The position numbers and the translations under genes were made by a program. Shown here piece after piece: positions 38,101 to 49,468 of a stretch of 64,000 bases of DNA (position 1 is the stretch's first letter; the number at the start of each line of letters is the position of its first letter). The DNA is from Phallusia mammillata (Eukaryota), in contig OZ281496.1 in the NCBI GenBank assembly GCA_965637545.1, positions 7,316,001 through 7,380,000 on the forward strand, in the 5' to 3' direction. The notes below the pieces were generated by a model. It was not told where the DNA came from and searched no databases. It saw only the letters and a list, made by a program, of their open reading frames with translations.

Positions 38101-38330
38101 TCTTTGTTACACAGTTTTTTTAGGGCATAGTTTAAGGATGCACTGTCATAGTAATCGGAATGGGTATGATCACTGTTTGCTAGTAAACAGGGTTTACCAG
38201 GTGTTTCTATGGGTACAATGGCATTTCTTAGCTCTAAGTTGCTGATATTGCAAAAGGGTAACATGGTCAATATGCATCTGGTACAAAAGTATGGGGTGTT
38301 TTTGTTGACACTACATTTGTTACATTTCAT
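35190..38330 (-). CDS. LINE ORF2 (APE endonuclease + reverse transcriptase), CR1/L2 group, Crack-like
   Basis: 1046 aa without stops; MHINIRSL, ETRI, GVIYRHP, CGDFNID, TLIDH, SDHLP; RT NYRPVSLL, FLDLSKAFDTV, GCPQGS, LFADDT. Confidence 0.95.
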   Translation of the reverse strand: MKCNKCSVNKNTPYFCTRCILTMLPFCNISNLELRNAIVPIETPGKPCLLANSDHTHSDYYDSASLNYALKKLCNKDIYIMHINIRSLRKNKLALEQWLSDMFRSPDIIMVTETRITLKGITTATDIMGYNFYHVDTPHSAGGVGVYIKSHFAYSIRSDITLTAPDTESLWLQLKLKQKNVILGVIYRHPKHSFEKFQDALSSVLHKLSDTNQTVYICGDFNIDLMQHKEIKSIQNFLDSIQIYGLSPLICQPTRLTNHSQTLIDHFYTNNVNISCKSGILSADISDHLPTFVLLHSTCYDKTEKMLSRNETMFHREKFISDIKGAVSNIPLSTESILHKFTLLNHYFHKILQQHAPLTTMTRRRRKLAKKPWISKGIYKSIKTKNKMYHALCRSGFASTSKHNQYKQYRNKLNHILREAKHKYIEKQLTDHRNDIGGMWKIVNRLLSRKQTPHNAPAELKLDGVAHCTTDPVTIASNFNQFFANIGANMASSIPQPVMPPPTSAYTAQPSSFFFFDTTPDEVEMYISTLDSQKSVPSYEIPIKYIKMVKSIISPMLSEIFNWCIQNGEYPDELKVAEVIPIYKSGSQVECTNYRPVSLLSPFAKIFEKIMYQRLYDYVEKNGMFTTHQYGFRCNRSTSLAIYDIHERVLAALDQKKYTCAIFLDLSKAFDTVDHKVLLWKLEHLYGIRGGPLQLLCSYLRNRRQCTRISHVTSQFQYVTCGCPQGSSLAPLLFSLYINDLPTASQFTTKLFADDTCLCMSSESLTDLQENVNKELTHVDNWMRHNKLSLNTSKTTYLLFRPSKRSFSDKFSIFMGSQQVQRSTKTKYLGVYIDDQLNWKHHITYVERKLAQACGIVYKLRDYLGEKFLRIIYYSFAYSHLQYAVAAWGSGCTASLHNLNIKHNKILRAITRSTYRCRATPIYYHMRLLKIRDIYKLELAKLVHAFHSGALPSTYNTLFTPISSVHAHNTRRADSQNYFYPRANTAVGSRSICYRGPKVWEEIPHVTKSLTRSSFRKKYRSHLLMQYHQSRTNTSRSPGPQPPLNN

Positions 38331-38361
38331 GTGGAAGAAGGGTGTTTAACTTTATTTGGGT

Positions 38362-39072
38362 TTAGGTATTAATCTTATGCCTTACTAAATCTTTGTCGCT
38401 CCGGATGGCAATGATGTTACTGTTGTCATCCTTTTTTAGAAATGTTGCTCCATTTCTGGTCCAGATATGATGGTACTGATGCTCCTTCTTGAACCGGAGA
38501 CAGCTATTAAATCTCTCACGGTTCTTCTTGGTCAGGCTCTCATTAATAAAAATTTGATTGACCGGGGATACACCTCTGTTAGATTGTTTAAGTTTATACC
38601 GGTTTGAATATATTGCATCTCTCACTTTACGGCTCATAAATTTTGCAATAATTGCCGAGCGTGGGTGGTCTTTTGATGGTCTCCGAAGTCGGTGCGAGAT
38701 GCTGATGTCAGGTTTACTAATAGTGATCCCCAACTTTTTCACAGCCGAGATCACCAGAGTGTCTGTGCACTCATTTTCAGAATAGGGAAGGCCCTTGAAT
38801 TCCAAGCAGGGTCTGCGACCATACTGCTCGAGGTCATTTAAGTCCTCAGAAGTGGAGATGGTCACTGCTTGTAACTCCTTCACAGCCTTCTTTAGTTCCC
38901 TATTTTCTGTTCTTAAAGTTTTTAATTCAATCTCATTGTTTGCTACCTTGGATTTTACCTCCTCATATTGTTCCTGTAAAAATGTCTGGCTCTTCCGGAT
39001 CTCTTTTAGTTCATTTATCAGCTCTTTTAAGGTTGAGTCGGTAGAGGTTTTGCTCTCCCGAACTTCTTCCCT
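38362..39072 (-). CDS. LINE ORF1 (coiled coil + RRM/CTD type), 5' end lost in gap
   Basis: Coiled coil then LEQYGRR..LEFKGLP, DISISHRL, IFINESLT, IWTRNG; directly upstream of ORF2 on the same strand. Confidence 0.88.
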   Translation of the reverse strand, partial: REEVRESKTSTDSTLKELINELKEIRKSQTFLQEQYEEVKSKVANNEIELKTLRTENRELKKAVKELQAVTISTSEDLNDLEQYGRRPCLEFKGLPYSENECTDTLVISAVKKLGITISKPDISISHRLRRPSKDHPRSAIIAKFMSRKVRDAIYSNRYKLKQSNRGVSPVNQIFINESLTKKNRERFNSCLRFKKEHQYHHIWTRNGATFLKKDDNSNIIAIRSDKDLVRHKINT

Positions 39073-39073
39073 C

Positions 39074-39273
39074 NNNNNNNNNNNNNNNNNNNNNNNNNNN
39101 NNNNNNNNNNNNNNNNNNNNNNNNNNNNNNNNNNNNNNNNNNNNNNNNNNNNNNNNNNNNNNNNNNNNNNNNNNNNNNNNNNNNNNNNNNNNNNNNNNNN
39201 NNNNNNNNNNNNNNNNNNNNNNNNNNNNNNNNNNNNNNNNNNNNNNNNNNNNNNNNNNNNNNNNNNNNNNNNN
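39074..39273. other. Assembly gap
   Basis: Run of N. Confidence 0.99.
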
Positions 39274-41459
39274 GTGTTTGCAGTGGCAACATGCTCTATC
39301 AAAGCATCCAGGGAGTTGTTGAATCCGTGGAGTAGCTCAAACTTCTTGTGGAACAAATCAGTTGATTCTGTACATGATGGAATATTCAAATTGTGAGGAA
39401 TACAGGAAAGCTTCCGTCGATAATACGTAAACAGCTTGTCGCTAACAGAAAAAAAAGTGGAAGCGAGGAGAATTTTAACATAAAAAATCATAGTTGGTAA
39501 CGTAGTTCTGCGGTGTAAATAAATTTTTCTACTTCTATTGGTTGCACATTTTCGTGCTGATAAGTCATTATGTTGAAACAGTAATCAAGTTTGTATTGTC
39601 AACCGATTCAAAGAGTGTCTGTCTTGACGCTTGTTTTATATTCAATCTTGTTACAGCCGTGTTTTTTTGCCACCGTGATTAATTGTTTGCATACTCGTTT
39701 TAGACGCCACCCACCCTTTCCCACTCGACCAGCCCAACACGTTTGAGACGCGACGCGGTTAAATTTAGCTTCCAGTGAGCACACGCATAGTTATTAATAC
39801 ATTATTGCACAAACAACAAAACTAAGCGATTACTTGGATTAGCAATAAATGCCAGAAAAAAATATTATACCTGTCAATATGGCAATAAGTACATCTGTAG
39901 TGTTCGGTTTATCTTAATGGTGGCAAATGAGTCTCAAGGCTACAAATTAAAGAGGCATGCCACCGTCTTTGACCTCCCAATCCCCTGAGCTAGTCAGGAA
40001 CGAGAACTCCACACAAATGTCCTGCACTTCAGTTCGTTTGTTTATTGCAAGAGAAAGAAGAGATAGATCGAAATGAACGAGTGCTGTTTTACATATACCC
40101 CGGATGAAGGCGTTAAATTGGATACGTGTGCTCTTGCACAATTACCACACAAAGCAGCGTCCGATCACAGCACCGGATAAAGCACAAAGTTAAATTGCGT
40201 AAACACCAGATTACAAAGTCGCATCTACATCCTAAATAACTCCAACAGGAAATATTTCATAGTTCAAAACACGATTTTGCAATCCTGTTGAATAAAACCG
40301 TTGCCGCTTTTACTTCCTTGCGAGCTTTGAGCTAACAAGTTAAAACGATTTAATTACGTTAGCTAATATGTCGAAATTTGCACCAATTATATCGCAACCG
40401 CTACCCATCTTTGATGACCATAGAATAGCGACGAAAAAAAATGTCAAATCAAGTTACGTACTGTTGCTTGTATTACAACAGTGCTAAAATGTTTAGGCAT
40501 ATATTTGCTTAGCAATTTTTTATCAGTGAAATTTTTAACTTATGTATATGGCTCGTTCCTTAAGAATAGGAGGTGAGATGAAAAGGGAACTTCCGTAAAC
40601 TAGCAAGTTTTTGCGCTAGATCAAACGTTTCGACACAATCGTTTTAGAATCAATCTGCAACTCTGGAACAACATGTTGTTTGTACAGATGTAGCATTCCC
40701 AATATAACTCCTTTACTGTTTGTAAATCTTTCACTGTAACACTTCACGAAGGCTTGGAATGCTTATAATAGTAGGAAAATATGCTTTGCTCGTTTGTGGT
40801 CATTATGCAGTTTGAATTCTTCCATGTATTGTTTGTCAAGGTTTACTATAAAAACCTGAAGCAACTCATGAATCACGTCAGATATTCTTTGATGTCGGGC
40901 AATGAGTTTAGCTTTGTAAATATTTTAGTTTAATCAGCAGTAAGGCAGAATACAGAGCTTGTGTCGCTTTACCTCATATGGAAGGTGGAAAACTGTTTTA
41001 AATGCAACAAATTCGTGAAACCGATTTTGTAAGAGTGTTTACACGCATTTGAGTTTACTTTTCTTGCATTTAAGGTAATGGCGGTATACAATCTTAACAA
41101 CTAATGTTGAAAATGGAAATTTTCGCATGTGATGTCACGTGTGTTAGCATCACGTTTTTTACTAGTTTTTTATAGGTAGTTCATCGCATTATTGTTAGTT
41201 TCGTTTATTTTAATCTCATTACACCAGGATAGTATTTTTAAGTATGCTTTGCCTTTGCACACATGTTGTTGGAAATTTGTAGCATAACTTAAATACAGGT
41301 CTTTTTCTACGTTCCGGGACGTATAATGTTTGTTTAACTAAATTTGTGTCAAAAGTTTTAAACATAACATTTCGTGATTTCAAGCAGATGAACACAAAGC
41401 TAACATCTTGTTTCAGCTCATAGTACTCTTAATAATAATTGAACAACTAAATTGACGAG

Positions 41460-41984
41460 ATGGAATTTCAGGATTTTAACTTCGAGCAAAGTGATGTTTT
41501 TGATCAGAGGTTTATTGAACGTGGAAATGTAAGACGACATAAGCTAAAACACAGTATTCGGAAACTTTATCGATGTGATGTTTGTGAAAAAACTTTTGTC
41601 CGAAGTGGAACTTTGAAAATACATATGTTGAATCACACTGGAGTTAAACCACATCGATGTGTTGTTTGTGAAAAAGGGTTTGCTCGTGGTGGAGATTTGA
41701 AAACACACATGATGACCCACACTAAAGAGAAACCAACTCGGTGTGATGTTTGTGGAAAGAGTTTCATTTTTAGTTCAAATTTGAAAAGACACATATTGAC
41801 CCACACGAAAGTTAAACTTCATCGATGTGATGTTTGTAATAAAACATTTGCCAGGTCTGACAATTTGAAAGTACACATTATGACTCACACTAAAAAGAAG
41901 GTCCATCAATGTGAGGTTTGTGAAAAGCCATTCAATGGCTTTTCAAGTTTGAAAATACACTTGTTGACTCACAACAAGAAGTAA
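41460..41984 (+). CDS. C2H2 zinc-finger protein (ZF3), 5 complete fingers plus a degenerate N-terminal one
   Basis: 174-aa ORF; N-terminus DQRFIERGNVRRHKLKHSIRK matches ZF2 DQRFLEGGNVKRHMLKHSIKK. Confidence 0.9.
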   Translation: MEFQDFNFEQSDVFDQRFIERGNVRRHKLKHSIRKLYRCDVCEKTFVRSGTLKIHMLNHTGVKPHRCVVCEKGFARGGDLKTHMMTHTKEKPTRCDVCGKSFIFSSNLKRHILTHTKVKLHRCDVCNKTFARSDNLKVHIMTHTKKKVHQCEVCEKPFNGFSSLKIHLLTHNKK

Positions 41985-43599
41985 CTTTAGCGGCATGATG
42001 TTGATTAATGGGTTTACTTGGACTGAAAAAATGCCTTTTTGTACGTTTGTTTCACAACAGTGTAAAAAAACTTGTGTCACACAGAGTAACCACAAAACGG
42101 TAACTCTACAGTGCCGGCAAAAAAAATCTTTTCATTCGGTGGGCAAAAAAAACTTTACATGTAAATTCTGCATAAGTTCTTAGCTTACTGTTTTCATCAA
42201 AAGCATTGTGTTACAAAAACGCTTATAGTTATTTCATCACCTACTGTCTGGCTACACTTCACTGCAAAGCCATTGCTCTGCGTGCCTAGTGTTGCTTTAC
42301 AGCTTCGTGAATAGTAAGGTCGTGAAATCACACAATATTTTGTATTTTCTTAAAGTTTCGAGGTCTTGTAAAAAAATTTTAAACACGAAAATGGGTCAAA
42401 AGAAGATGCAAATGGAAGAACAATCTTGTGCCTTGACTTTGCTAGAGAATAGAGATTCTGTGATTGCTGTTGCCAGAGATATTGGGGCTCTCAAGAAAGG
42501 TAATTTATCGAGTAAAAGGTCAGCGGCGTAATTGCCAAACAGGATGGCTCCGAAGAGGAAATCAGGTTCTGGCGCCAAGTTTCATTTTCTCTAATACGAA
42601 ACATTATTAAGCAATTTCTGCTTCTATAAAATATAACGAGCCACGATGTCTAGATAATATAAGTTTAGTAAAGTTTTCGTATTGTAAAAGTGACTTTGGT
42701 TTGTCATAGTTCAGTTCACTCGCATTAACAACACAAAGGTTCAGCTGAAAACATCCATAAGAAAGGGGGTTTTAGGTTCGGTCTGATTCGGCCAAATTTT
42801 CGGTTTCGGCCCGATCCTTTTTGGATGGGTTCGGTTCATCACTAGTTGTAAACAATGCAAAAGAGAAAGAAGCACGAAACAAAGCCAAAAACTATCAATT
42901 TTTTATTTCTGATGTGTCCGATTAAAAAGTTAAGCGCAGACCACGTTTTTTGGTCAGGTAAGCAGGTGTTGCAAAAAACTGTTTCTCTCGAGTTTTACCT
43001 CGTCGCATTTGTCCCACAGGTTGGGTTGGTCGTTTGTTGCGAAAGGGGGCGAAAAGCATTCATTTTTTTGAGAGCGGAAATATTGGGCAATTACAACTGT
43101 TCCACATTCTCAGCTGCTCATAAAAGTTAATCTTTAGACTTTTTATCATAACGTTTTTAACCGTCGCATCGCTGGGAATAAACCTAAGCCAGTTACGAGC
43201 TTTTATGTCACAGTTTTGGCGAGGGGAATGTTGGTTAGTATGGAAAAACAATTTAGGAAACCCTCTAACATGCAGTCGCGCTATTCCTGTTTGCGTAAGA
43301 CGGCACTGCTCATGTTTTTGCACTAGCTCTGCAAACTTTAGTCAAAGTTTTGGATTCATTGAGTAGTTGAACTTCATGTTTCGTCAACCATATTTTCAAG
43401 CGTATGAATGGGAGGCAAATTTATTTTCTGACTTAAACTTTCGCTGGCATTTGTTAATTGTCGCTGTCCGGCCATCAATCTGCAGTTGTGTTTTTATCAA
43501 GTCTTCTTTCAGGGACCTGTCAAAGTAACCACGAAATGAACAGGAACATGTGCTGCTAAGAAATTAAGTTCAATCCTTAATCATCCAGTCTCGTCTAGC

Positions 43600-44130
43600 G
43601 CTGTAAGAACTACCTTTGAACTTTCACCCAGTCCCGTCTTTTAGTCATATTAAAAAAAAACGCTTTTCCGTAGTGCAGTCTAATTACGCAAAGAAACTGC
43701 GTGTCGACTTCACCCAGTCTCGTCTTATAGTCATGTCTAACAAATGCTTTTGCGTAGTTCCGTCTAGCTTTATAAGAACTATAAGTAAACTTTCGCCCAG
43801 TCCCGTCTTTTAGTGTCATATCCAACAAACGCTTTCCCGTAGTCCCGTCTAACGTTATAAGAACTATAAGTGAACATTCACCCAGGCCCGTCTTGTAGTC
43901 ATATCTAACAAATGCTTTTCCGTAGTCCCGTCTAACGCTATAAGAACTGTGTGTGAACTTTCACCTAGTCCCGTCTTTTAGTCATATTGAATATGCGCTT
44001 TCCCGTTGTCCCGCCTCTCCCGTCTTTTAGTTTGGCACTTTTCCCGTCTGTCCCGTAACCCCATCTCTCCCTTCTTTTAGACCTCGATTTCCGTATTCCC
44101 GTCGTCCCGTATTCCCGTCTTTTAGACATG
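43600..44130. repeat. ~85-bp minisatellite (about 5 diverged copies) ending in TCCCGT motif cluster
   Basis: Recurring AAGAACT...CCCAGTCCCGTCTTTTAGTCAT...TTTCCGTAGTCCCGTCT. Confidence 0.8.
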
Positions 44131-44911
44131 CCCTTCTGCCTCTTGGGGTTCAACCAAATTTTGTTTCAAAGTATCCTTTACTTCAAAAGCCCTTACTTTG
44201 AAAAACATAGAGATTGTGTTTCTGTCATACAACACATCTTTTACATTATGGGGTCGACACCTTTTTTTGCACTGCGGACCGTTTTTATGATTTTAACACG
44301 CACCAGCCTTCAAAAAACTACGTATGTTTAGTAAAAAAAAACGCCTAAAATTATCACAACAAAAATGATTTAATGTGTTTACCCTGAAAAGTACACGGCT
44401 GACATCGAACTTCTCGCGGACCGGCACCGGGGCGAACCTTGATTGTAATTTGTGAATTGGTAAGCTTTGTAAAATATGATTTTCTAATCTCGTTGTTTTC
44501 GTTGTATTTACGTTATCTCTGGTTCCAAAACTCTCATCATCAGATATTTATTAACGAAATAACGGATTTTTTCCCTATTAGTTACTTACAGACTATTGGG
44601 TCAGACATGTAGTGAGAAGTAATAAAAATGAAATAATTGTTGCCTTAGGCGCATGCGGCCCCAATTACCGCAACCACGAACGAGAGAGACGAGGATTTCT
44701 AATTAAGTAGACAAGTAGATTATTATTAGACCGTATCAAGCATAAAGGTGACATTTCCCAGTAAAAATTATAGTTATGACATGTACAGTTGCTGCATTTT
44801 AAGATTAGCAATCGCAAGGTAGAGATTAAAAGTAAGGGGAGTAGGCAATGTCGTAGTAAGGTAATCAAATTCGTCCGTAAACAAAAGTCAATCAATAATT
44901 ATACTTCCCTG

Positions 44912-45766
44912 CTATCCGATTCTCAGATCGCCCGCGGATCTAAACAATCCGGCCTTTCGTCTGACGAGTTGCTGGAATCGGCACGCGTCGACAATGACAC
45001 TTTTATTGCCGGCGACAATTGTGTCCTTTTCAGCCACCTTAAATGATTGAAAGTTCGTTGGTTCGCTAAACGATGCGATTTCATACGCGTTTTCAGCCAA
45101 TGCGTCAATGGACAAACCGTAATCAGGCGCCAAAAACGACTGATTCAACAACTTTTCGGCGACCGGCACTGGATCTTGGTTATCGCCCGGAGGAACCAAA
45201 TTATCAACAGAGACACTAGGGCGCTTACTTTCCAACGTAACATCGGGAAGCGACTCATTTACCTTAGCAACAGGGTTAACGCCAAAAGCCTTTATCAGAG
45301 CCTGTTTTAGATCGTCATACGAAAGACAACCACCAACAGCACCTAAAATGACGTGGCTGACCTTTTGCGCTTGTGCCTGGTTCAACACAGAGACAATTAA
45401 ACAGAATTTCTCAGCGTCGGACGTTACCTGGTGGCTTTGGAAAATGTTTTCCACCGTTGTAAACCAAAATTTTACCGTATCCGTCCACAGGGGAGGTAAA
45501 TTAAGTTCACCAAACCCAACAGGCGCAGAATTAATTTGATAGCGGGGTGTAGAATACTGTGCATCACACGGTGCCTGGCTACGTGGCAAAAACGGCGATG
45601 CTGCCTGGTTTCTATCTGAAAACTTGACAGAATAATCTGGGCGTATCTCAGTCTCAGAGTAATACAATACCGTTGGTGCAGTCCATGCAGGCTGGACAGG
45701 CGTATCATAACAATGCGTCGCAGCGCTTACAGAAACGGGAACGAAACTAGCAATTGTCTGCATCAT
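44912..45766 (-). CDS. Gypsy-type gag-like ORF without pol
   Basis: LPPLWTDTVKFWFTTVENIF...ITSD-like VTSDAEKF...YDDLKQALIKAF and LSIDALAENAYEI match the Gypsy gag N-terminal domain pattern. Confidence 0.7.
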   Translation of the reverse strand: MMQTIASFVPVSVSAATHCYDTPVQPAWTAPTVLYYSETEIRPDYSVKFSDRNQAASPFLPRSQAPCDAQYSTPRYQINSAPVGFGELNLPPLWTDTVKFWFTTVENIFQSHQVTSDAEKFCLIVSVLNQAQAQKVSHVILGAVGGCLSYDDLKQALIKAFGVNPVAKVNESLPDVTLESKRPSVSVDNLVPPGDNQDPVPVAEKLLNQSFLAPDYGLSIDALAENAYEIASFSEPTNFQSFKVAEKDTIVAGNKSVIVDACRFQQLVRRKAGLFRSAGDLRIG

Positions 45767-46057
45767 TAATTTAGGCGTTATTAACAGCGATTTTATCAGA
45801 AGGTTAAATGCGCGACAATCAATTTTAGTTTATTGTACTGACCCAGTGGGTAGACAATTAAACACTCCGTGTATCTGACTCTAATAAACAAACAAACTAT
45901 CACTGTCGAAACAAACCTAAAAAGACGCAAACTGATTTAACGTTCCCACATTATATTTCAATAAAGCATGCCAAGAAAGCGCCTCTTGCGGCTAAACACG
46001 CAACACAAAAGTCGCCGCGCACGAATCAACTGTGAGACATCAATTCTAATGCGTACT

Positions 46058-46136
46058 CTAGTCACTAGTCACTAGTCACTAGTCACTAGTCACTAGTCAC
46101 TAGTCACTAGTCACTAGTCACTAGTCACTAGTCACT
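46058..46136. repeat. (CTAGTCA)n heptamer microsatellite, ~11 copies
   Basis: Perfect 7-bp period. Confidence 0.97.
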
Positions 46137-47632
46137 GGACAATGATGTTTCACTTTCACTTTTGGGAACTATAAATCTTAAGGAAAAACTTAGTGAGGCG
46201 TATATAGACTTTCAATTATTGAACACAACAAAAAAGTGGAAAAAAATCGTGATATTTTGTCCAAAATAATAGACTGCATTTTGTTCTGTGGAAATTTTGA
46301 AACTCCCTTACGTGGACATGATGAAAAAGATGAGTATTGATATAATGGACATGTACTGTTTGTCTAAACAGTAGCTGCTAAATTGCTTCACAGGAAGTGT
46401 TTCTTAAGAATGAACATTCTACAGACAAGATAGTAGTGACCACCAAGCACATCCTATTGTTGACAAATAAATACTAGTTACTGAAATGAAAATGTTTCTG
46501 TAGATCTGATGTTCATGATTACTTTGAAAATAATCTAGATGATGTTTTGACAAGTGAAATTACTAGGATGAAAAATCCTTTTTGCTGTTTCCATGAGTCC
46601 TTTGAAGGCAAAGGCAAAACAGTTTGGATACAAACCTTTGTTAGGAACACCATTATTTCCAAAAGATTTGCACTTGCAGTGCTAGTACTACTAAATAGAA
46701 AAACAGTTTCTCAGTTGTCATTTGGAATGAAGGAATAAGCTATCAATTATCATGCCCAAACTGTAACTTTATGATTCATTTTGGTTGTAAAAAGGAAGCA
46801 CAAGGTTTAATAATATGGTTTAAATGTAAGTGAGAGTGTTGTAAATTTTAAAGCTTGAAGGAGTTTTGCACTTAAAAAAAGCAATTATAAGCTATTTGCC
46901 AGCAAATAAAGCAGCAATTATAGCAGTTAAAAATCTGAAAGACAAATAATAGTCTGTACACAAAAATTCAAAAAAGATGTTAAAATAAACAAGTTCTGAC
47001 ACAAATGTAAAGTGGTTGTTAAATTTGTCAGTTATGATACCAATAAACAGCTGTATGGCTAGTTTTTTTGTGTGACAATTATAATCTGTGAAGTGTCATA
47101 TAATATGTTGAAAACGCTGACTGTGACCATAAGGTTACTTAAATGAAACATGACCATTTTTTTAAATGTTGTCGAACTGAAATACTTCGACCTTTTTCCA
47201 ATCATCACTTTTTTTCTATATTCTTGTTGTGTTTTACCGTATTTACAACCGCTTAGTTTCGAGTCTGTGTCACGTGTGTTTTTGTTCCACATTATTACTG
47301 CATGTTATGGTGTTTAGCCGTCGCTGTGCAAGTAAACAAAATACACAAATGATATCGTCTGATATTTACACTCGTGTACATTATTGCGTAACAAAACTTA
47401 CGTCACAATGGAGTTTCTAATTAAGGTTTGTATTACTTGTTTTTCTACACAAAACAATGGCTAGAAAACTATAAATGTAGGTTTTCTATATATTGCCAAG
47501 TAATATATGTTCAATAATGGCTAAAATTTTGAGCAGCACCCCCACAAATTTTAGGCACGAGCCGCCACTGGTTATTATCTACTGTATTGCAAAATAGTAA
47601 TTTGCAATAAATATAGTGTAATTAGCAGTCTG

Positions 47633-47858
47633 TTTCGTTGTTGGTGTTGCAAGAACTAGGCGGGCAGTTTTGATCAGCAACTTGTTTGTCAGTTGATTTG
47701 AAGTCGTACGTCAGCGTTTTGGTTCACATTAGATAAAACAAACCATTTCGTTGTTGGTGTTGCAAGAACTAGGGAAGCAGTTTTGATCAGCAACTTGTTT
47801 GTCAGTTGATTTGAAGTCGTACGTCAGCGTTTTGGTTCACATTAGATAAAACAAACCA
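47633..47858. repeat. 113-bp tandem duplication
   Basis: Two copies differing only at TAGGCGGGCAG vs TAGGGAAGCAG. Confidence 0.92.
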
Positions 47859-48133
47859 GTAGGCCGCAGTAAGTAAACAAGTTTTTATGGTATAACAAAA
47901 TAAATCACACTACACTTGGAAACAACCAGCAACTCCTGCTAAACATGTTGTTCGAAATGTTGTATTGATTAATAGACGGGGGTTGTTTTTTTTGCTTCCC
48001 ACAGTAGAAGTAACAACCTTTAAACAACATCCTCACTGTTTGCTGGTTGTTGGAGACTGTGTGCATTTAAATAAAACTCTAGTGGGCAAGTTATGCACAT
48101 ACTTATGTTTTTCATTTTCTGTAATAAACGCAA

Positions 48134-48163
48134 ACTGGGACGGATTGCCATAAACCTTGCTGG
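48134..48163 (+). pseudogene. Tiny remnant G of the intelectin-like last exon
   Basis: ACTGGGACGGATTGCCATAAACCTTGCTG resembles copy C ACTGGGACGGATTGTCGAAAACCTTGTTG. Confidence 0.4.
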
Positions 48164-49468
48164 ACTATTATATTGTGCTTTCAAGTTTGAAAAACACCTC
48201 CTGCCATCAATGTTCTGCTCCTATTTTGATCTCACCGCTAACATTCATTCTCAGTACAAACGTGTGAGTGCGTGTATATGTGTAAATTTTGGTGTAAGAA
48301 GGGGTAGCTGACACGGTGACCACAGAGTCTTTCGCTACCCCGCACATTTCTCTTTTTCAATTTTTTTCGTATTTTTCTTTTGTTCGGATATTTCGTGCGA
48401 AATAAACTTACTTACTTACTTACTTGCATCGATAGTGAAACAATTTTTCTAACCACGCAAAAACTGATCTTGATTATATAAAACAATGAAAAACTGTACG
48501 TTCAAACTTGAAAAAAAAGCTGAGTAAAAAATGAAAAAAAGCTGAGTAGCAAGTTACAAAATTATTCCGGAAATTGATATCTGACCTTGTGATATTTCCA
48601 ACATTGTTGAGTTGAGTTTATTTCGCTCGGTAAAACAATTGCACTGAATTATTCACCTTGCCGGAGATAGCTGCGCAACGTTGAGACGTTAAAAAGCGCG
48701 ACAAAGTGGAGGACACAGTTGGTGGAGAGATGAGAAACGCGCTGCAGCTACACCGTAAGTTATACCTACGCCCCCAGGGCAAACAGCGGAAAAAAGGCTC
48801 CAGCAAACACACAAAACATCGCATATCTCCAGTTCTAGTACAGGTAGAAAGGTGAAATTTCACACCTGTACTAAGTCGAACATGCAGAATTTAAAAATGC
48901 AAAAAAATTTTTTTGCCACAAAATTAAAAAAATTTTGGGCCGAAATATCCCGATTTTGGTAACTCAAACTAAAACGGGAAAAATAAAATATTGCTCATTT
49001 TTTTTGGAAAAGCTTTACGTTCCTGAAAATCTAAGTGATATGCGCCAAACTTCGGGGCGGCTGGTTAAAAAAATGCAATTTATTTGAAAAATTTTAGGAC
49101 GTAAAAAGGTGGCAGTTTAGGTTTGGCGCTCAAATTTTGGGGTCAAATCTCAACAGATTTGAATGAAACTTGCAGGAAATGCAAAAAATGGTCATTACTT
49201 TGCACAGAAAAAATATCTACTTAAAAATACCTAATGGTAAAAATTGATAACCGATTAAATGTTATTACTGCCAAATTACATTTTGGAATAAGTACGATCT
49301 TCAGTTTATCTTTAAAAAACGCAAGAAATTGACACTTAAATGCAATGAATCACACACATATGCAATTATGAGGTATTTAGGCTACTATATTGTAAAAATC
49401 AAAAGAAAACATTGATTCTGAGCGAAATATTATTATATGTATATTTGTATTAGCTGTTTCTTTTTTAG

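Noticed and set aside
43600-44130. CRISPR-like regular repeats
   Set aside because: Whole units are homologous with no unique spacers, and the context is eukaryotic: a minisatellite
45835-45850. Primer-binding site for the gag element
   Set aside because: TGGGTCAG does not match a tRNA 3' end I can name, and no paired LTR is present
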